The notes beneath the pieces were generated by a model. That model had not been told where the DNA came from. It made no database searches and saw only the letters and a program-made list of their open reading frames with translations. A DNA stretch of 61,280 nt from contig CAVTCR010000029.1 of assembly GCA_963733195.1 (NCBI GenBank), positions 1 to 61,280 of the forward strand, given 5' to 3'. Position 1 is the first letter of the stretch. Every line of letters starts with the position of its first letter. Shown in pieces: positions 10,605 to 22,817 of this stretch. Source of the stretch: an uncultured delta proteobacterium (GTDB lineage Bacteria; Desulfobacterota; Binatia; Bin18). A program made the translations under genes and the position numbers.

Positions 10605-11792
10605 ATGGCCGACCTCGAACAATTTCGTGCGGAAACTCGTAAGTGGTTATCAGAAAACTCACCCCAAGGTGTTCGGGGTCTCATCCTCGCATTGGGTGAA
10701 GGTAACTGGGGTGGGCGCAAAGCCACCTATCCCAACCCAAATATGAAACGCTGGCTCGAGGTCATGGCCGAGCGCGGGTGGACAGCACCAGAGTGGCCCA
10801 CTCAATATGGCGGAGGTGGACTCTCAAAAGCCGAGGCAAAAATCTTGCGCGATGAGATGGTAGCACTCAAATTACCGGAACCGCTCTCTGGATTCGGTCT
10901 GACGATGATCGGCCCAACGTTGTTGCAATTCGGGACTGAAGAGCAGAAGCGCGAACACCTACCGAAGATCGTTCGCGGCGAGATTCGTTGGTGCCAAGGC
11001 TACTCAGAACCCGGTTCTGGCAGTGACCTTGCTTCACTCCAGACTAAGGCAGTGTTGCAAGGTGATTACTACGTCATCAACGGCCAGAAGGTCTGGACTT
11101 CTTACGCCAACTATTCCGACTGGATGTTCATGCTGGTTCGCACTGATCCCAACGCCAAGAAGCAGGAAGGCATCACGTTTATTCTTGTGGATATGGCAAC
11201 ACCTGGCGTAGAAACACGCCCTATTAAACTGATCAGCGGCTCCTCACCTTTTTGTGAGACCTTCCTGACAGATGTGCAGGTACCAGTAAAAAATGTAGTC
11301 TTCAAAGTGAATCAGGGATGGACGGTTGCTAAAGCGCTACTCAACCACGAGCGCTCGATGATCGCGTCAGCATTCGGCGGTGGTGGAAAGAAACGCACGA
11401 TGCGCGACTGGGCACAAGAGTACGTTGGTTTCGATGGTGACCGTATTGCTGACACTGCACTACGACACCGAATCGCCCAGTACGAAATGGATAATCTTGC
11501 CTTCAAGCTGACGGCAGATCGCTCGCGTGATGCCGCAAAAGCTGGCCGCCCACCTGGACCGGAAAGTTCGATGTTCAAGATTTATGGCACGGAGTTAAAT
11601 CAGCGTCGCCAGGAGTTGTTACTCTCAATCGCAGGACCTCATGCCCTCGGCTGGGAAGGAGCAGGATTCACGGAACGTGAGATCACCCTCACTCACGATT
11701 GGCTTCGTTCGCGCGGCAATAGCATCGAAGGCGGCACGAGCGAGGTGCAGTTGAACATTATTGCCAAGCGGGTATTAGGACTGCCGGATTAA
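10605..11792 (+). CDS. Acyl-CoA dehydrogenase (catalytic subunit type)
   Basis: WCQGYSEPGSGSDLASL, NGQKVWTS, SIEGGTSEVQ. Confidence 0.92.
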   Translation: MADLEQFRAETRKWLSENSPQGVRGLILALGEGNWGGRKATYPNPNMKRWLEVMAERGWTAPEWPTQYGGGGLSKAEAKILRDEMVALKLPEPLSGFGLTMIGPTLLQFGTEEQKREHLPKIVRGEIRWCQGYSEPGSGSDLASLQTKAVLQGDYYVINGQKVWTSYANYSDWMFMLVRTDPNAKKQEGITFILVDMATPGVETRPIKLISGSSPFCETFLTDVQVPVKNVVFKVNQGWTVAKALLNHERSMIASAFGGGGKKRTMRDWAQEYVGFDGDRIADTALRHRIAQYEMDNLAFKLTADRSRDAAKAGRPPGPESSMFKIYGTELNQRRQELLLSIAGPHALGWEGAGFTEREITLTHDWLRSRGNSIEGGTSEVQLNIIAKRVLGLPD

Positions 11793-11847
11793 AACGTGAA
11801 ACGTGAGACGTGGGACGTGACGTTTAGTCCCTGCTTAGGAGCATCCT

Positions 11848-12990
11848 ATGAACCTCGTCCTTACCGAAGATCAAGAATTACTAGCCAAAACCGCGGCTGA
11901 TTTTGTTCGTCAGCATTCGCCCGTGAGCCGCATGCGTGCTTTGCGAGACGCCAACGATCCTATCGGTTTCTCACGCGACTTATGGAGGCAGATGGCGGAG
12001 TTGGGTTGGACTGGCATCCTCATTCCCGAAACTTACGGTGGTGCGGGTATGGGACTTGCCGATCTTGCGGTGGTGCTTGAAGCGCTCGGACGAACCCTCG
12101 CCCCAGAACCATTTCTTTCCACGGTTCTTCTTGCTGGAGAACTGCTTACCCGCGCTGGGAGCGATGCACAGAAACAAGCATGGCTTCCCGGCATCGCAGG
12201 CGGAGAGAAGATCCTCACCATTGCCTATCAAGAAGCGCGCAGTCGTTACGATCTGAATCGCGTCACGACGAAAGCCGAGCGGCAAGGACAAAACTGGTTG
12301 TTATCTGGCGAGAAAATTCAGGTTCTCGATGGTCAGACCGCAGACGCATTTATTGTTTCGGCCCGTACTTCCGGCAACCCGAACGATCTTTCCGGCATCA
12401 CGCTCTTTCTCGTTGCGAAAGAGACACCTGGACTCACACTCACACCACAACACCGCGTCGATAATCGTCCCACCGCCCTTCTCACTCTTGATGGCGTGAA
12501 AGTTACTCAAGACAGTATCGTTGGTTCTCTCGATAAAGGGTACGAAATTCTATCACAGGTTGTTGACCGTGCGACGATTGGACTCTGCGCCGAGATGTTG
12601 GGAGGAATGAGTCAGATCTTCGACGACACTATCGCCTATCTCAAAACACGTCAGCAATTCGGCGTGTTGATTGGCACCTTCCAAGGGTTACAACATCGCG
12701 CGGCACGACTCTTTATGGAAATTGAACTGGCACGATCGTCTGTTATGGCTGCGGCCCGTGCTGCCGATGCGAATGACCCGGAATGGCAATCGCTGGGCTC
12801 GTTGGCGAAGGCACGCTGTTCAGACGCGTACATTCTCGCCGCGAATGAAGGCGTACAAATGCACGGCGGTATCGGCATGACCGACGAGCACGATGCCGGG
12901 TTTTACTTAAAGCGGGCCCGTGCCACGGAGATGACCTTTGGTGATGCGGCGTGGCACCGTGAGAGGTGGGCACAGCTGCACAGATACTAG
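11848..12990 (+). CDS. Acyl-CoA dehydrogenase (partner subunit type)
   Basis: GWTGILIPE, RQQFGVLIGTFQ, QMHGGIGMTDEH; adjacent to the first ACAD as in heterotetrameric pairs. Confidence 0.9.
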   Translation: MNLVLTEDQELLAKTAADFVRQHSPVSRMRALRDANDPIGFSRDLWRQMAELGWTGILIPETYGGAGMGLADLAVVLEALGRTLAPEPFLSTVLLAGELLTRAGSDAQKQAWLPGIAGGEKILTIAYQEARSRYDLNRVTTKAERQGQNWLLSGEKIQVLDGQTADAFIVSARTSGNPNDLSGITLFLVAKETPGLTLTPQHRVDNRPTALLTLDGVKVTQDSIVGSLDKGYEILSQVVDRATIGLCAEMLGGMSQIFDDTIAYLKTRQQFGVLIGTFQGLQHRAARLFMEIELARSSVMAAARAADANDPEWQSLGSLAKARCSDAYILAANEGVQMHGGIGMTDEHDAGFYLKRARATEMTFGDAAWHRERWAQLHRY

Positions 12991-13084
12991 GGATGTCGGG
13001 AAAGAACTTACCTGTAGACAGCACTGCTGGGCAGAAGCACAGCAGTGGCACCCGAGGGACGACCGACTACAAAGGAGTGCAACA

Positions 13085-13886
13085 ATGGCAGTCCAAGAAC
13101 TCAACAATACATCAACCGCTGAGGACGTGGTAGAAGTTCTCCAGCAAGACGGCTGCGCCATCGTACGCAATCTCGTTCCTGAATCTCTGCTGGAGGCGAT
13201 CTACCACGAACTTACGCCGTTCATTGATGCAACCTCAGTCGGGCGGGACGACTTTGCCGGCTTCCGTACGCAACGTACCGGAAGTTTGGTCGCTCGTTCA
13301 CAATCCTTCCACCAACTCGCCATGCAGCCTCTGGTGCTCGATACAGCGGCTAAAGTGCTCGGCCCCTATTGCCAAAAGTTCCAGTTGCACCTGACGCAAT
13401 TGATTAAAATCAATCCGGGAGAACCCGCACAGATGCTGCATCGCGATCAACTGGTGTACAGTCCTTTTCAGTTTCCCAAAGGCATGGAATGTGAACTCCA
13501 CACCATGTGGGCGCTGACTGATTTCACCGACGAGAATGGCGCGACGCGTGTGATTCCCCGCAGTCACAAATGGGAAAATGATCGTACTCCTTCTCCTGAC
13601 GAAACGGTACCTGCGGCCATGCCCAAAGGTTCAGTGCTGATGTTCACTGGCTCAGTGTGTCACGGCGGCGGTGCCAATCAGATCGAAGGAGCCACGCATG
13701 GGTATCGAGGTCGGCTATAATCTTGGCTGGCTACGTCAGGAAGAAAATCAGTACCTTGCTGTCCCCCCAGCTATAGCTCGACAATTGCCCGAGAAGTTAC
13801 AGCGTCTCATCGGCTACAGCCTCGGGGGCTATGCACTTGGATACTTCGGCGACGTCCGCCATCCCAAGGAACTGTTGAAGGAATAA
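13085..13886 (+). CDS. Phytanoyl-CoA dioxygenase (PhyH) family Fe/2OG oxygenase, frameshifted near 13680
   Basis: [32 protein letters not shown]; [12 protein letters not shown] continues in ORF 13671..13886. RBS AGGAG. Confidence 0.85.
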
Positions 13887-13927
13887 CAGGCGGATATGTT
13901 AACTCACGCCAGATACTCATGGCAGCC

Positions 13928-14032
13928 TGTCATTCCGGGCAAGGCCGCAGGCCGCGACCCGGAATCCAGGAAAAGAAGACTGGATGCCAGCTTTCGCTGG
14001 CATGACGAAAAGTAGGGCGGGCTGTGCCCGCC
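13928..14032. repeat. GTCATTCC-type REP-like element followed by a GTAG-type REP hairpin
   Basis: TGTCATTCCGGGC..CCCGGAATCCAG..CTGGAT..GGCATGAC, then GTAGGGCGGGCTGTGCCCGCC at 14012-14032, between convergent genes. Confidence 0.65.
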
Positions 14033-14048
14033 ACTATCATTCAATTAC

Positions 14049-14537
14049 TTACGCCGCCTTCGCCGTTACTCGCTTCGCAGGAGCTGCTTTTGCCCGAGCA
14101 GGAGCCTTCTTGCCATTCTTCTTCTTAGCGTTGTCTACCATTTTCTGCACTGCGCGCCAGTCCAAAATACCGGCGAAGCCGCCTTTGCCATCGTGGAACG
14201 CGACCGGTCCATGAACGTTGGCGAGATATACAGTATCCATCGGGTGGGTTGTCGCTTCATGCACTGCACCAGCGGGTTCGTAAACCCAATCCCCCGCCCG
14301 AGCCGAACCACCACGGTAATCAAATCCACCGGAGAGCACATAGAAATCCGCCGGACCGATATGAGTATGCGGCGCGTTGACTTGCCCAGCTTTGGCCTTT
14401 ACCAGTGCGCTCCACGCCCCAGTCTCTTTGCTAATCCGCAGGACGAGGAACTGATTCCCCGTCCCAGTATCGATCCATTCTTTGTCTTTGGTTCTCACCA
14501 AGGATGCACCAATCGGATCAAAAGCTTCTTTCGCCAT
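14049..14537 (-). CDS. Cupin protein (2,4'-dihydroxyacetophenone dioxygenase / ChrR-like) with Lys/Ala-rich tail
   Basis: PHTHIGP..VLSG and YEPAGAVHE cupin motifs; RBS AGGAGG. Confidence 0.75.
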   Translation of the reverse strand: MAKEAFDPIGASLVRTKDKEWIDTGTGNQFLVLRISKETGAWSALVKAKAGQVNAPHTHIGPADFYVLSGGFDYRGGSARAGDWVYEPAGAVHEATTHPMDTVYLANVHGPVAFHDGKGGFAGILDWRAVQKMVDNAKKKNGKKAPARAKAAPAKRVTAKAA

Positions 14538-14793
14538 CGAGAGTCCCTCCTTTTGCTCACACGTGTTTATTCGTTACTGCCAGGACCCCTGAAAAAACGC
14601 AAGAGTCCTCCATGGTCGTACGAAGAAACGATAAGGGGTTATTGTGTCGAGACTGATTCCTTGCTCGTGCAGTCAGTCTACAATAGGAAGGGGATGGGTG
14701 GCTAAAGATTGATGTGCTATCTGCGAAGAAAGAAGGCACATAATTGCATCAGAATAGTTCTTAATCCGGGAACAGACACAAAAGGAGTGCGAT

Positions 14794-15649
14794 GTGGAAG
14801 CAACAACCAACCAAGAACAGATCCGCTACTGGAACGAACAAGGAGGCCCGCATTGGGTGCTCCTCCAGCAGAAACTGGATGCACAAATTCATCCACTCGG
14901 TCTCGTGGCTCTCCAGCGAGCGGCCATAAAGCCGGGTGAAAAAGTCATTGATGTCGGCTGCGGTTGCGGTCAGACTTCCCTTGATCTGGCCGAACGTGTG
15001 GGCCGAATGGGTCTGTTTTAGGCATCGATATCTCCCAACCGATGTTGAACCGTGCCCGAGAACGGCAAAAGGAACTCGGAGTGACAAACCTCGAATTCTC
15101 ACAGGCCGATGCACAGACACATCAGTTTCCCATGAGCGTTTGATGTGATCTTCTCGCGCTTTGGTGTCATGTTCTTTGAAGACCCAACCGCTGCGTTTGG
15201 GAATTTGCGCTCAGCGTTGCGTCCCAATGGCCGACTCACGTTCCTCTGTTGGCAAGCACTAGAAAAAAACGACTGGGCGCGTGTCCCGTCTCAAAGCGGC
15301 ACTGCAACATGTCCACCACCTGCGCCGATGCACCAGGAGCACCTGGTCCCTTTGCTTTTGCTGACCCAGAGCGTGTCCGTCAGATTCTCGAGAGACGCTG
15401 GATTTGCGGCGGTGCATTGCGAACCTTACGACCACAGAACTCAGTATGGGTGGGGCCACAACTGTGGATGAGGCGGTTGAATTTTCGCTCGAGATCGGTC
15501 CGGCCGCACGACTTCTTGGCTGAGGCTGATACCGCGACACGCACCCGCGTTGCCCAAACGCTTCGCCAAGCACTTAGTCCCTATGCGAGCGGAAGGAGTA
15601 CACATTCCCTGGCGCAGTCTGGATCGTGCAGGCACGACGGAAGGACTGA
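14794..15649 (+). CDS. Class I SAM-dependent methyltransferase, several frameshifts
   Basis: VIDVGCGCGQTS, SRFGVMFFEDP, APGPFAFADP and VWIVQARRKD-stop spread over several frames. Confidence 0.8.
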
Positions 15650-15674
15650 TGGCGTGTCAGTCAACTGCTTGCAG

Positions 15675-15897
15675 TGTCATTGCGAGGAGCCCATAGCGCT
15701 GGCGCTAAGCATTCAGGCAAAAACGGGACACGTGCTCGTCCCGGCTCTCCTGGGGCCGGAATGAGACGGAGTCTCCTGCCACTGCCGTTCAGGCAGAGCC
15801 TGGGAGCGGAGACTGAAGATTTGTTTCTGAGCAGCGTAGCGAAGCAATCTTTGTCTGAAAAGAGATTGCTTCGTCGCCTTGGCTCCTCGCAATGACA
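15675..15897. repeat. TGTCATTGCGAGGAGC...GCTCCTCGCAATGACA REP-like element with nested inserts
   Basis: Perfect 16-bp terminal inverted repeat; internal GAAGCAATCT/AGATTGCTTC pair. Confidence 0.75.
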
Positions 15898-15929
15898 CTA
15901 TCGGTTTGCTGGCACCTTCTGCACCGTAT

Positions 15930-16949
15930 TCACCCCCGGAAACTCGGCATGATTTCTTTGGCAAACAGCTCTAGCGATCGGGTTGTCTTCTGCGGATCAA
16001 GACCAGGCAACTGCATACCGATCACAAAGTGTGTACAGCTATGCCGCTTGAAGAAGGGTTCCATTTTGCGGGCAACTTGATCCGGGGTGCCAATCATTGC
16101 CGCGCGACCAAACCCTGAGTTGCGCATCTCACTGGACTCTTGAATTGCCAAATGTCTTTGTCGCCCGGCGCGTCATTCGCCTCGGACAGGATCTTTCCGT
16201 AGTATTCCATCGAGTTAAACAGATGATCCTGCACATCCGCCCATGCCTGATCCTCACTATTGGCAAGATAGACCAACCCGACTTGTCCGATGAAAAACTG
16301 CGCGGGATCGTACCCATGAGCCTTGAGAGTCTCACGATAGAGCGGCGCGGGATCAGGGCCGAGGGTTGCCATCAGATGCGCGCCCATACGCGCCGACCCG
16401 TTGGATCGCCTTCTCGGCTCGTGCACCCATCCAGATCGGGATATGTGGCTGCTGGACCGGACGCGGAGAAAGCGTCATGTCCTTCACCTGCGTAAACTTT
16501 CCATTGAAGGTCACATTTTCTTCAGTCCACAGACGGCGGACTAACTCCACGCCTTCAGCAAGGCGAGCCGAGCGCTCCTTGCGATTCATACAATGGGCAG
16601 CAAACTCTTCGGCGGCGTACCCTTGCCCAGCACCAAGATCGAAGCGTCCATTCGAGATGATGTCGATACACGTCGCATCTTCGGCCACGCGCACCGGATG
16701 ACGAAACGGCATCAACAACACATACGTGCCAATGCGAATACGACTGGTGCGTGCCGCGATGGCTGCTGCAGTTGTCAACGGTGACGGGTTGTAGCCATCA
16801 TCAGCAAAATGATGCTCAGCCAGCCAGACATTGTCATAGCCAAGCTCTTCGGCCCGGACGATTTGATCGAGGATTTCTCGATAGAACTGTGGCCACGGTC
16901 GCCGCCATTGGCGCGGATTGCGAAAGTCATGAATGATGCCGAATTTCAT
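15930..16949 (-). CDS. LLM class flavin-dependent oxidoreductase, frameshifted
   Basis: AEELGYDNVWLAEHHF, SNGRFDLGAG, PRPVQQPHIPIW; C-terminal IGTPDQV..SLELFAKEIMP. Confidence 0.85.
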
Positions 16950-17021
16950 AGTGTTATCCTTTCATGAAGAGCTTCGAAAGCAAGGTAAAAACAATGACAC
17001 AATGGTCAAAGATGAATTCCT

Positions 17022-17489
17022 CTAAAAGCGCTGCGCCTCTTGTAGACCGTGTGGCGAAGCGTCAGAAGGGAACTTCTTTACCAAGTGGCTGATCCAATTG
17101 ACTGTGCGGCGTTTCTCTTCTCCTACTTGCCACCAGTCTAGTTGTCCCTCGCTGACGCGCACGATCTTACCCATACGAGCAGCCTCCGTTTTGAACTGTG
17201 GCAGATGAAAGAGCTGACGCAGGAGAAGTGGGAGTCGGTGTTGTTCCTGGGGGAACAAGGAGACAGAGATAAGACATAGCGGCGATCTCGATAGTTTTTC
17301 TTGTAAAAGCCGACATCAAGCGTCACGAACGTCGGTTGCTTTTGTGAATGTAAGATTTGGAGAATCCGTTCATCCTTGAGAGTTGTCTGTGGGATGAGGT
17401 CTTCGATTTTCTGAGCGGTTGTCTCCAGGTGCGAAGGGGAGCGAGCACCTCCGTACGACTGAGGTGCTCATCGATAAGGATCTGGCTCA
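17022..17489 (-). CDS. PIN-like (DUF5615/PIN_10-type) putative toxin, frameshifted
   Basis: Reconstructed MSQILIDEHL..LKDERILQIL..FVTLDVGFY acidic PIN pattern; ATGA overlap with the upstream DUF433 gene. Confidence 0.6.
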
Positions 17490-17717
17490 TGCTGCTTTGC
17501 GGTATCTCTCTAGTAATGCCGCAGTAGCAAGTTGTAAGGCCTCTTGCACGGCTTCCCAGAGAGATGAAGCGATCGGTCAGTACGCAATCTACTAAGCGCC
17601 CATCGGCCATATAGCTATAGACTGTCTCAACGAGAATGCGTGTTCTTTTCAACGTAAGCTCACTATGGCAGATCGCCGGATCTCGAACCGGATATTGCCG
17701 ATCTCGATAGGATTCAT
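17486..17717 (-). CDS. DUF433 domain putative antitoxin, frameshifted
   Basis: Reconstructed MNPIEIG..VRDPAICHSELTLKRTRILVETVYSYMADG..EAVQEALQLA..YRKAA-stop. Confidence 0.65.
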
Positions 17718-17737
17718 GGAAATTCCTGATCCGTACA

Positions 17738-20700
17738 TTAGCCTGAACGGATATACAGGGCAGATTCTTGTTTTTCGTCTGAGGAAAGTTCGGCCAACAG
17801 CATCTTCGCCTCTTGCAAATCCTTGGTATCAAAACCTTCCGTGAACCAGTTGTAGACTGCGGCTAACAGGCCGTGAGCTTCTTTTCTTCTTACCCTGCTG
17901 TTGCCACAGCCGTGCAAGGCTTGTTGCAGCGCGCAATTCCCAGGATTTTGCCTGTTGCTTCTGGGCAATATCAATGGCTCTCGAGAAACATTCTCCAGCT
18001 TCTTCTTCGACTTTGGATTTTGGACCTTGGACTTTGGACTGTAGCGTTAGCTCGCCTTTTAATCGATACAGCTCCGCCTCGTAGAAACGCTCCTCAGTTT
18101 TGTTCACCAGAGTCCAGTGCTTCAGTCAGATGCGTAAGTCCTTCTTCTACCTGTCCTACTTTCCCATACACCTCGGCCAGCAGAGCAAGACAACACGGCC
18201 GTCCTAACTCTGTCCCAGTGGCCCGCAAGGTGGTCAGCCCCTGACGTATCTGGGCAATCCCTTCCTCTACCTGTCCCTGCTCGGCCAGCGCCAAGCCACG
18301 CAGGATAGTCCCTACGCCAACAAGAAACGAAAACCCTTGCTCGCTACGAGAGCGTCATCAGTGCCTCTGCCCGCTCTTGGGCTAGTTGTCCCTCCCGGCG
18401 GAGCTGATGGAGCATAGCAGCAAAGGTCAAGGCAAAAGCCAGACTAAAGGGATGAGACAGATCTTGCGCAAGGGTGAGGCCTCCTGGCTCCTCTTCAGGG
18501 CTGGTCTGGATAGCCCAGAAACCACAGGTTCACGGCCGCATAAGATAGGCAGCCTACTCCAGGGTCATACCCATAGAGAGAAGGACGGGAACGGTGCTTC
18601 TGAGGGTTATAGAGGGCAATTCCTTGCTCCAAGTGCTCACGGGCAGAGACAAACTCTCCAAGCATGAGAACAAGGTCTCCCTAGCGCATAGTGGGCCTCC
18701 ACGAGAAGCGCCGGATCTTGCTGGCGCTGGGCCAAGCTAAGCAGCTGCTCCGCCAACTCACGCGCTGTCTGTAACTCTGCTCGTACCTGATAAAACACCG
18801 ACAGCCCACGCAGCACCGGGAAGAGTTGAGGGGTTTCTCCAATCTGCCGGCACAGCTCTAGCGCCCGGCCGTAGGCTTATTCCCACTTCCGGAGCCGCAT
18901 AGCCTTTGGTGACCATCAGCGGCGGACCCAAGGCGATTTGCAGCGTAAGTTCTTGCTGGGCACGTTCAGGAGTGTCCGGCAGAGTTTTGAGCAACTCCAG
19001 CCCCTTGGTGAGGTGAGCAATCGCTTCCACGTTGGCCGAGCGCTGGATGGCTCTCTGCCCTGCCTTCTGCCAGTAGGGAATGGCTTGCGCGATGAGACCT
19101 GCCTCGGTGTAGTGATGCGCCAGCAGCTCTGGCTGGGTCTCTTTCGTCTCTGGGAAACCGTTCTTCCAATACCTGAGCTATCTGTTGGTGATACTTCTGG
19201 CGGGTGCTCTTGAGCAGCGACTGATACGCCGTGTCTTGAATCAGGGCATGTTTGAAGACGTAGTGCGCCTGCGGCAGCAATCCGCGCTGATAGAGCAGTT
19301 CGCTATCGACCAACTTTCGTAAGGCTTGTTGCAAGCTGATTCATCTAAAGATGAAACAGCCTGGAGGAGTTCTAAGAAAACTCCCGACCCAGCGTCGCAC
19401 CGAGTTGCGCGATCTCTTTGGCTTCCCCCAGCCGATCCAGCCGGGCCATCAGGGCATCCTGCAACGTCGCAGGAATTCCCACTGGTAGGGAGCGACTGGC
19501 CGACTGTCCTAGACTCAATAGACTCTATGGACTCAATAGACTCTAAGACTGTTCTTCGTCAACTCTTCCACAAACAACGGGTACCCCATCGGTCTTGCTG
19601 ACAATTTGCTCTACAACCTCTAGGCAAAGTTTTGCTCGCCTGTGACTTTCTCACCATTTCTTCTACGTGAGTCTTGCCGAGACGACCGAGAGTCAACTGA
19701 CTCAGATAGGAATGCGTACCCCACGAGGGCGTGAACTCTGGCCGACACGTCAGCACGGTCAGTAATCGGATCGTGGGCACTTGGGCCAATAAGAGGGTGA
19801 GCAGTTCCAGGGTGGACGGATCGGCCCAATGCAGATCCTCCCAGGCGTAATAAGTCGCTCGTTGCGCTTGCCTCTCACACAACCAGGCGACGAGTACTTC
19901 ATAGGTCTTCTCCCTTTGCTTTTGCGGAGTGAGAGCGGTAGAGGAAACTCATCGGATGGGGAAGCACAGCAGGGAGGCCAGAAGGGGACATTCCTCCTCT
20001 AGGGACGGCCGCCACGCGCAAGAACGCACTCTCTAGATTCCGTAGTTTCTCTTCTGGGGCTCGTCTCGTGTCGAAACCCAGCGCACGCTGCAGATGTGCA
20101 ATCACCGGATAGAGCGCACTGTTTTGATGATACGGCGAACAGCGCAATTCCAGCCAGGCGTGAGCCTTCGTGCTTGAGCGTTTCTTTCAGCGCCTCCAAG
20201 GCGAGATTTGCCGATCCCGGCTTCGCCCGGAGCAATACTACCTGTCCTTCCCCTTCTTTCACTCTCTCCCAACGCTTCTCTAACAGTTCGATTTCTTCCT
20301 CGCGTCCGACCAGCGGTGTGAGACCGGTCGTGACGGCAAGCTCAAAGCGACTGTGGATCTGCTCTCTCCTTGGACTTCGTACACTTCCACGGGGGTCGAG
20401 AGCCCTTTGAGTGTCTGCTGCCCGAGCGGACGGCAAGTAATGTAATCACGTACCAAGCGGTGGGTGGCCGCACTGATAACGACGGTGTTGGGTTCTGCCA
20501 GGGCTTGCACGCGAGCCGCAAGATTTGGGGTCTCACCGACAATAGCCAGGGCTTCTCGCGTCTCTCCTGCTCCCATCTCTCCCGCGACGACTAACCCAGT
20601 GTGAATGCCGATGCGAACCTGAATTTCTTTCACCTCTTTGGGGAGGGTCGGGAGGACCAGCTTCTGTATCGCCGCAACAATCTCCAAGCCCGTTCGCACC

Positions 20701-21212
20701 GCACGCTGAGCATCGTCCTCATGCGCTACGGGATAGCCAAAGTACACCAGCAGTCCATCACCCAGATACTTGGCCAGATATCCGTCAAACTGTTTAATCA
20801 CCCTGGCACACGCTTCGTTATATGCTTGAATGACATCGCGATAATCTTCCGGGTCGAGTTGTTCCGAGAGCGCCGTCGAACCGACCAGGTCACAGAACAT
20901 CACGGTCAACTGCCGCCGTTCGGCGATAGTGTCTAGGGTCTGGTGTCTAGGGTCTAGCGTCTGAGGACTAGGAGATAGAGACGGGGAACTGGCAACTGAC
21001 AACTGAGAACTGACAACTTCCGTGCCGCCGACCCAAACCAGTACTTTCCCATCCTCATCAAGTGCCACCCGCTGGGCATCGATCAGTTCGGCTTTGAGGT
21101 CAGCAAGATCATCGTCATCAAGCTCAAACTCGCGCTTGAGGGCACGGTACGAGACCCGTCCCTGACGTTGCAGCCAGGCTTTCACTTGCGCGGTTAGCTC
21201 AGAGAATTTCAT
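17738..21212 (-). CDS. Class III adenylate/guanylate cyclase + AAA (STAND) ATPase + TPR protein, copy 1, many frameshifts
   Basis: [96 protein letters not shown]. Confidence 0.85.
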
Positions 21213-21312
21213 GGTTATGGCTCGCCCAATCAGACCGTTGTGATTGAACCACACTTGAGGGATTTTGCAATGGAAAAAGTGTATGGTCCCGCAACAGCGC
21301 CGGGAGGAAGAA

Positions 21313-22470
21313 ATGCGACATGAATTTGCGTTGGGCCAACGATCTCGTCTTACTGCTATTTGCGGTCTTTGGCCTCTGTTACTAATGACAATCACAACAA
21401 CGATAGCAGACACCTCTCCGCCATCTCCAACACGACAAGAAGTCGCCAATGGCCTCACTGCTGTCACAGGAGTGAAAGTCGGACACCACACACTAAGTGA
21501 GCGACCTACCGGATGCACGGTCGTGCTGGTCGAGGCCGGAGCAGTTGCAGGCGTTGATATCCGCGGTTCTGCTCCTGGCACGCGGGAAACCGATCTGCTC
21601 AACCCTCTCAATATGGTCGAGCAAGTGCATGCTATCGTACTTTCCGGTGGCAGTGCGTTTGGCCTTGATGCGGCAAGCGGGGTCGTTCGTTACCTTGAAG
21701 AACGGGGAATCGGTTTCGATGTGCGAGTGGCAAAAGTCCCTATCGTTCCGGCAGCAATTCTTTTCGATCTCGCCATTGGTGATGCCAAAATCCGTCCGAC
21801 TGCTGAGTGTGGCTATCAAGCCGCACAATAGCTGAATACCAAGCTCCGTGCAGGAAGGAAACGTCGGTGCCGGTGCCGGTGCAACAGTAGGGAAGCTCGC
21901 GGGACGTAACCGTGCGATGAAAGCAGGAATTGGCTACTGCAGCAGTGACGTTACCAAGTGGGCTCACCGTTGCCGCATTAGTTGCGGTCAATGCGGTTGG
22001 TGATGTGATCGATCCTGCCACTGGCCAGGTTGTTGCTGGCGCGCGCAGGACGATGAGAAAATCGTTCGCTGACGTCGAGGACCTTATTGAAAGCTGGCAC
22101 ACTCCAGAGCCGACGGGTGGGTCAGAACACGACGATTGGCGTTGTCGCCACTAATGCGCGCCTCACCAAAGTTCAGGCAACTAAAGTCGCCCAGATGGCC
22201 CATGATGGATTTGCTCGGGCAATCTCACCAGTGCATACGCCGCTTGATGGCGACACGATCTTTGCTCTTGCTACAGGAACCCACACACAGGCTGTCGATC
22301 TGCTCACTGTCGGTGCGCTTGCGGCTGAAGTAATGGCCGAAGCTATCGTGCGAGCGGCTCGTGCAGCAACTGGGATTCCGGGGTATCCTGCGGCGCGGGA
22401 TTTGATAAATACAGGTAAAGGTGACCAATGGATAAAAAGTCAGCTCCGAAAACGAAGAAGAAAGCAATAG
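21313..22470 (+). CDS. P1 family peptidase (S58, DmpA-like), frameshifted
   Basis: GVKVGHHT, RGSAPGTRETDLL, LSGGSAFGL, QNTTIG autocleavage motif, HTPLDGDTIF. Exact start and stop are uncertain. Confidence 0.85.
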
Positions 22471-22713
22471 CGCGACTACGCCCGTGCCCAGAATGTGGAG
22501 CAACAATGAATTCAGGCCGAATCACGCTTCATTTCGAACAGATGGATATTATGCAGATGTCGAGAATGTTCCTGCAATGATTTGTAACCACTGTGGAACA
22601 CGCAGTGTTCCAGGTCCATCGCCGTAAAGATCAGTGAGACCGTGAATCAACTCTTTGCGCAAGCAAAGGACCTCGACGCAACCGGGATTTCTTTTCATAA
22701 GTTGGCGAGTTGA
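22428..22713 (+). CDS. YgiT-type zinc finger protein (not in ORF track; frameshifted)
   Basis: Manual translation: MDKKSAPK..CPECGATM..VENVPAMICNHCG..ISFHKLAS-stop. Confidence 0.6.
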
Positions 22714-22817
22714 CACTTGCTATGATGCAATGACCCAATGAAACAATGGCTCAATTCTTCTAAAAGTGGCTTCGCCCCTTGCACGTCTTTGGTATCAAAG
22801 TCTGTTGCGTAACCCAG

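Noticed and set aside
17323-17832. Single 169-aa ORF
   Set aside because: A chimera of the cyclase tail, DUF433 and PIN-like reading frames produced by indels.
21213-21611. 133-aa N-terminal extension of cyclase copy 1 in the ORF track
   Set aside because: It overlaps the divergent peptidase on the opposite strand; both paralogues begin at [10 protein letters not shown].
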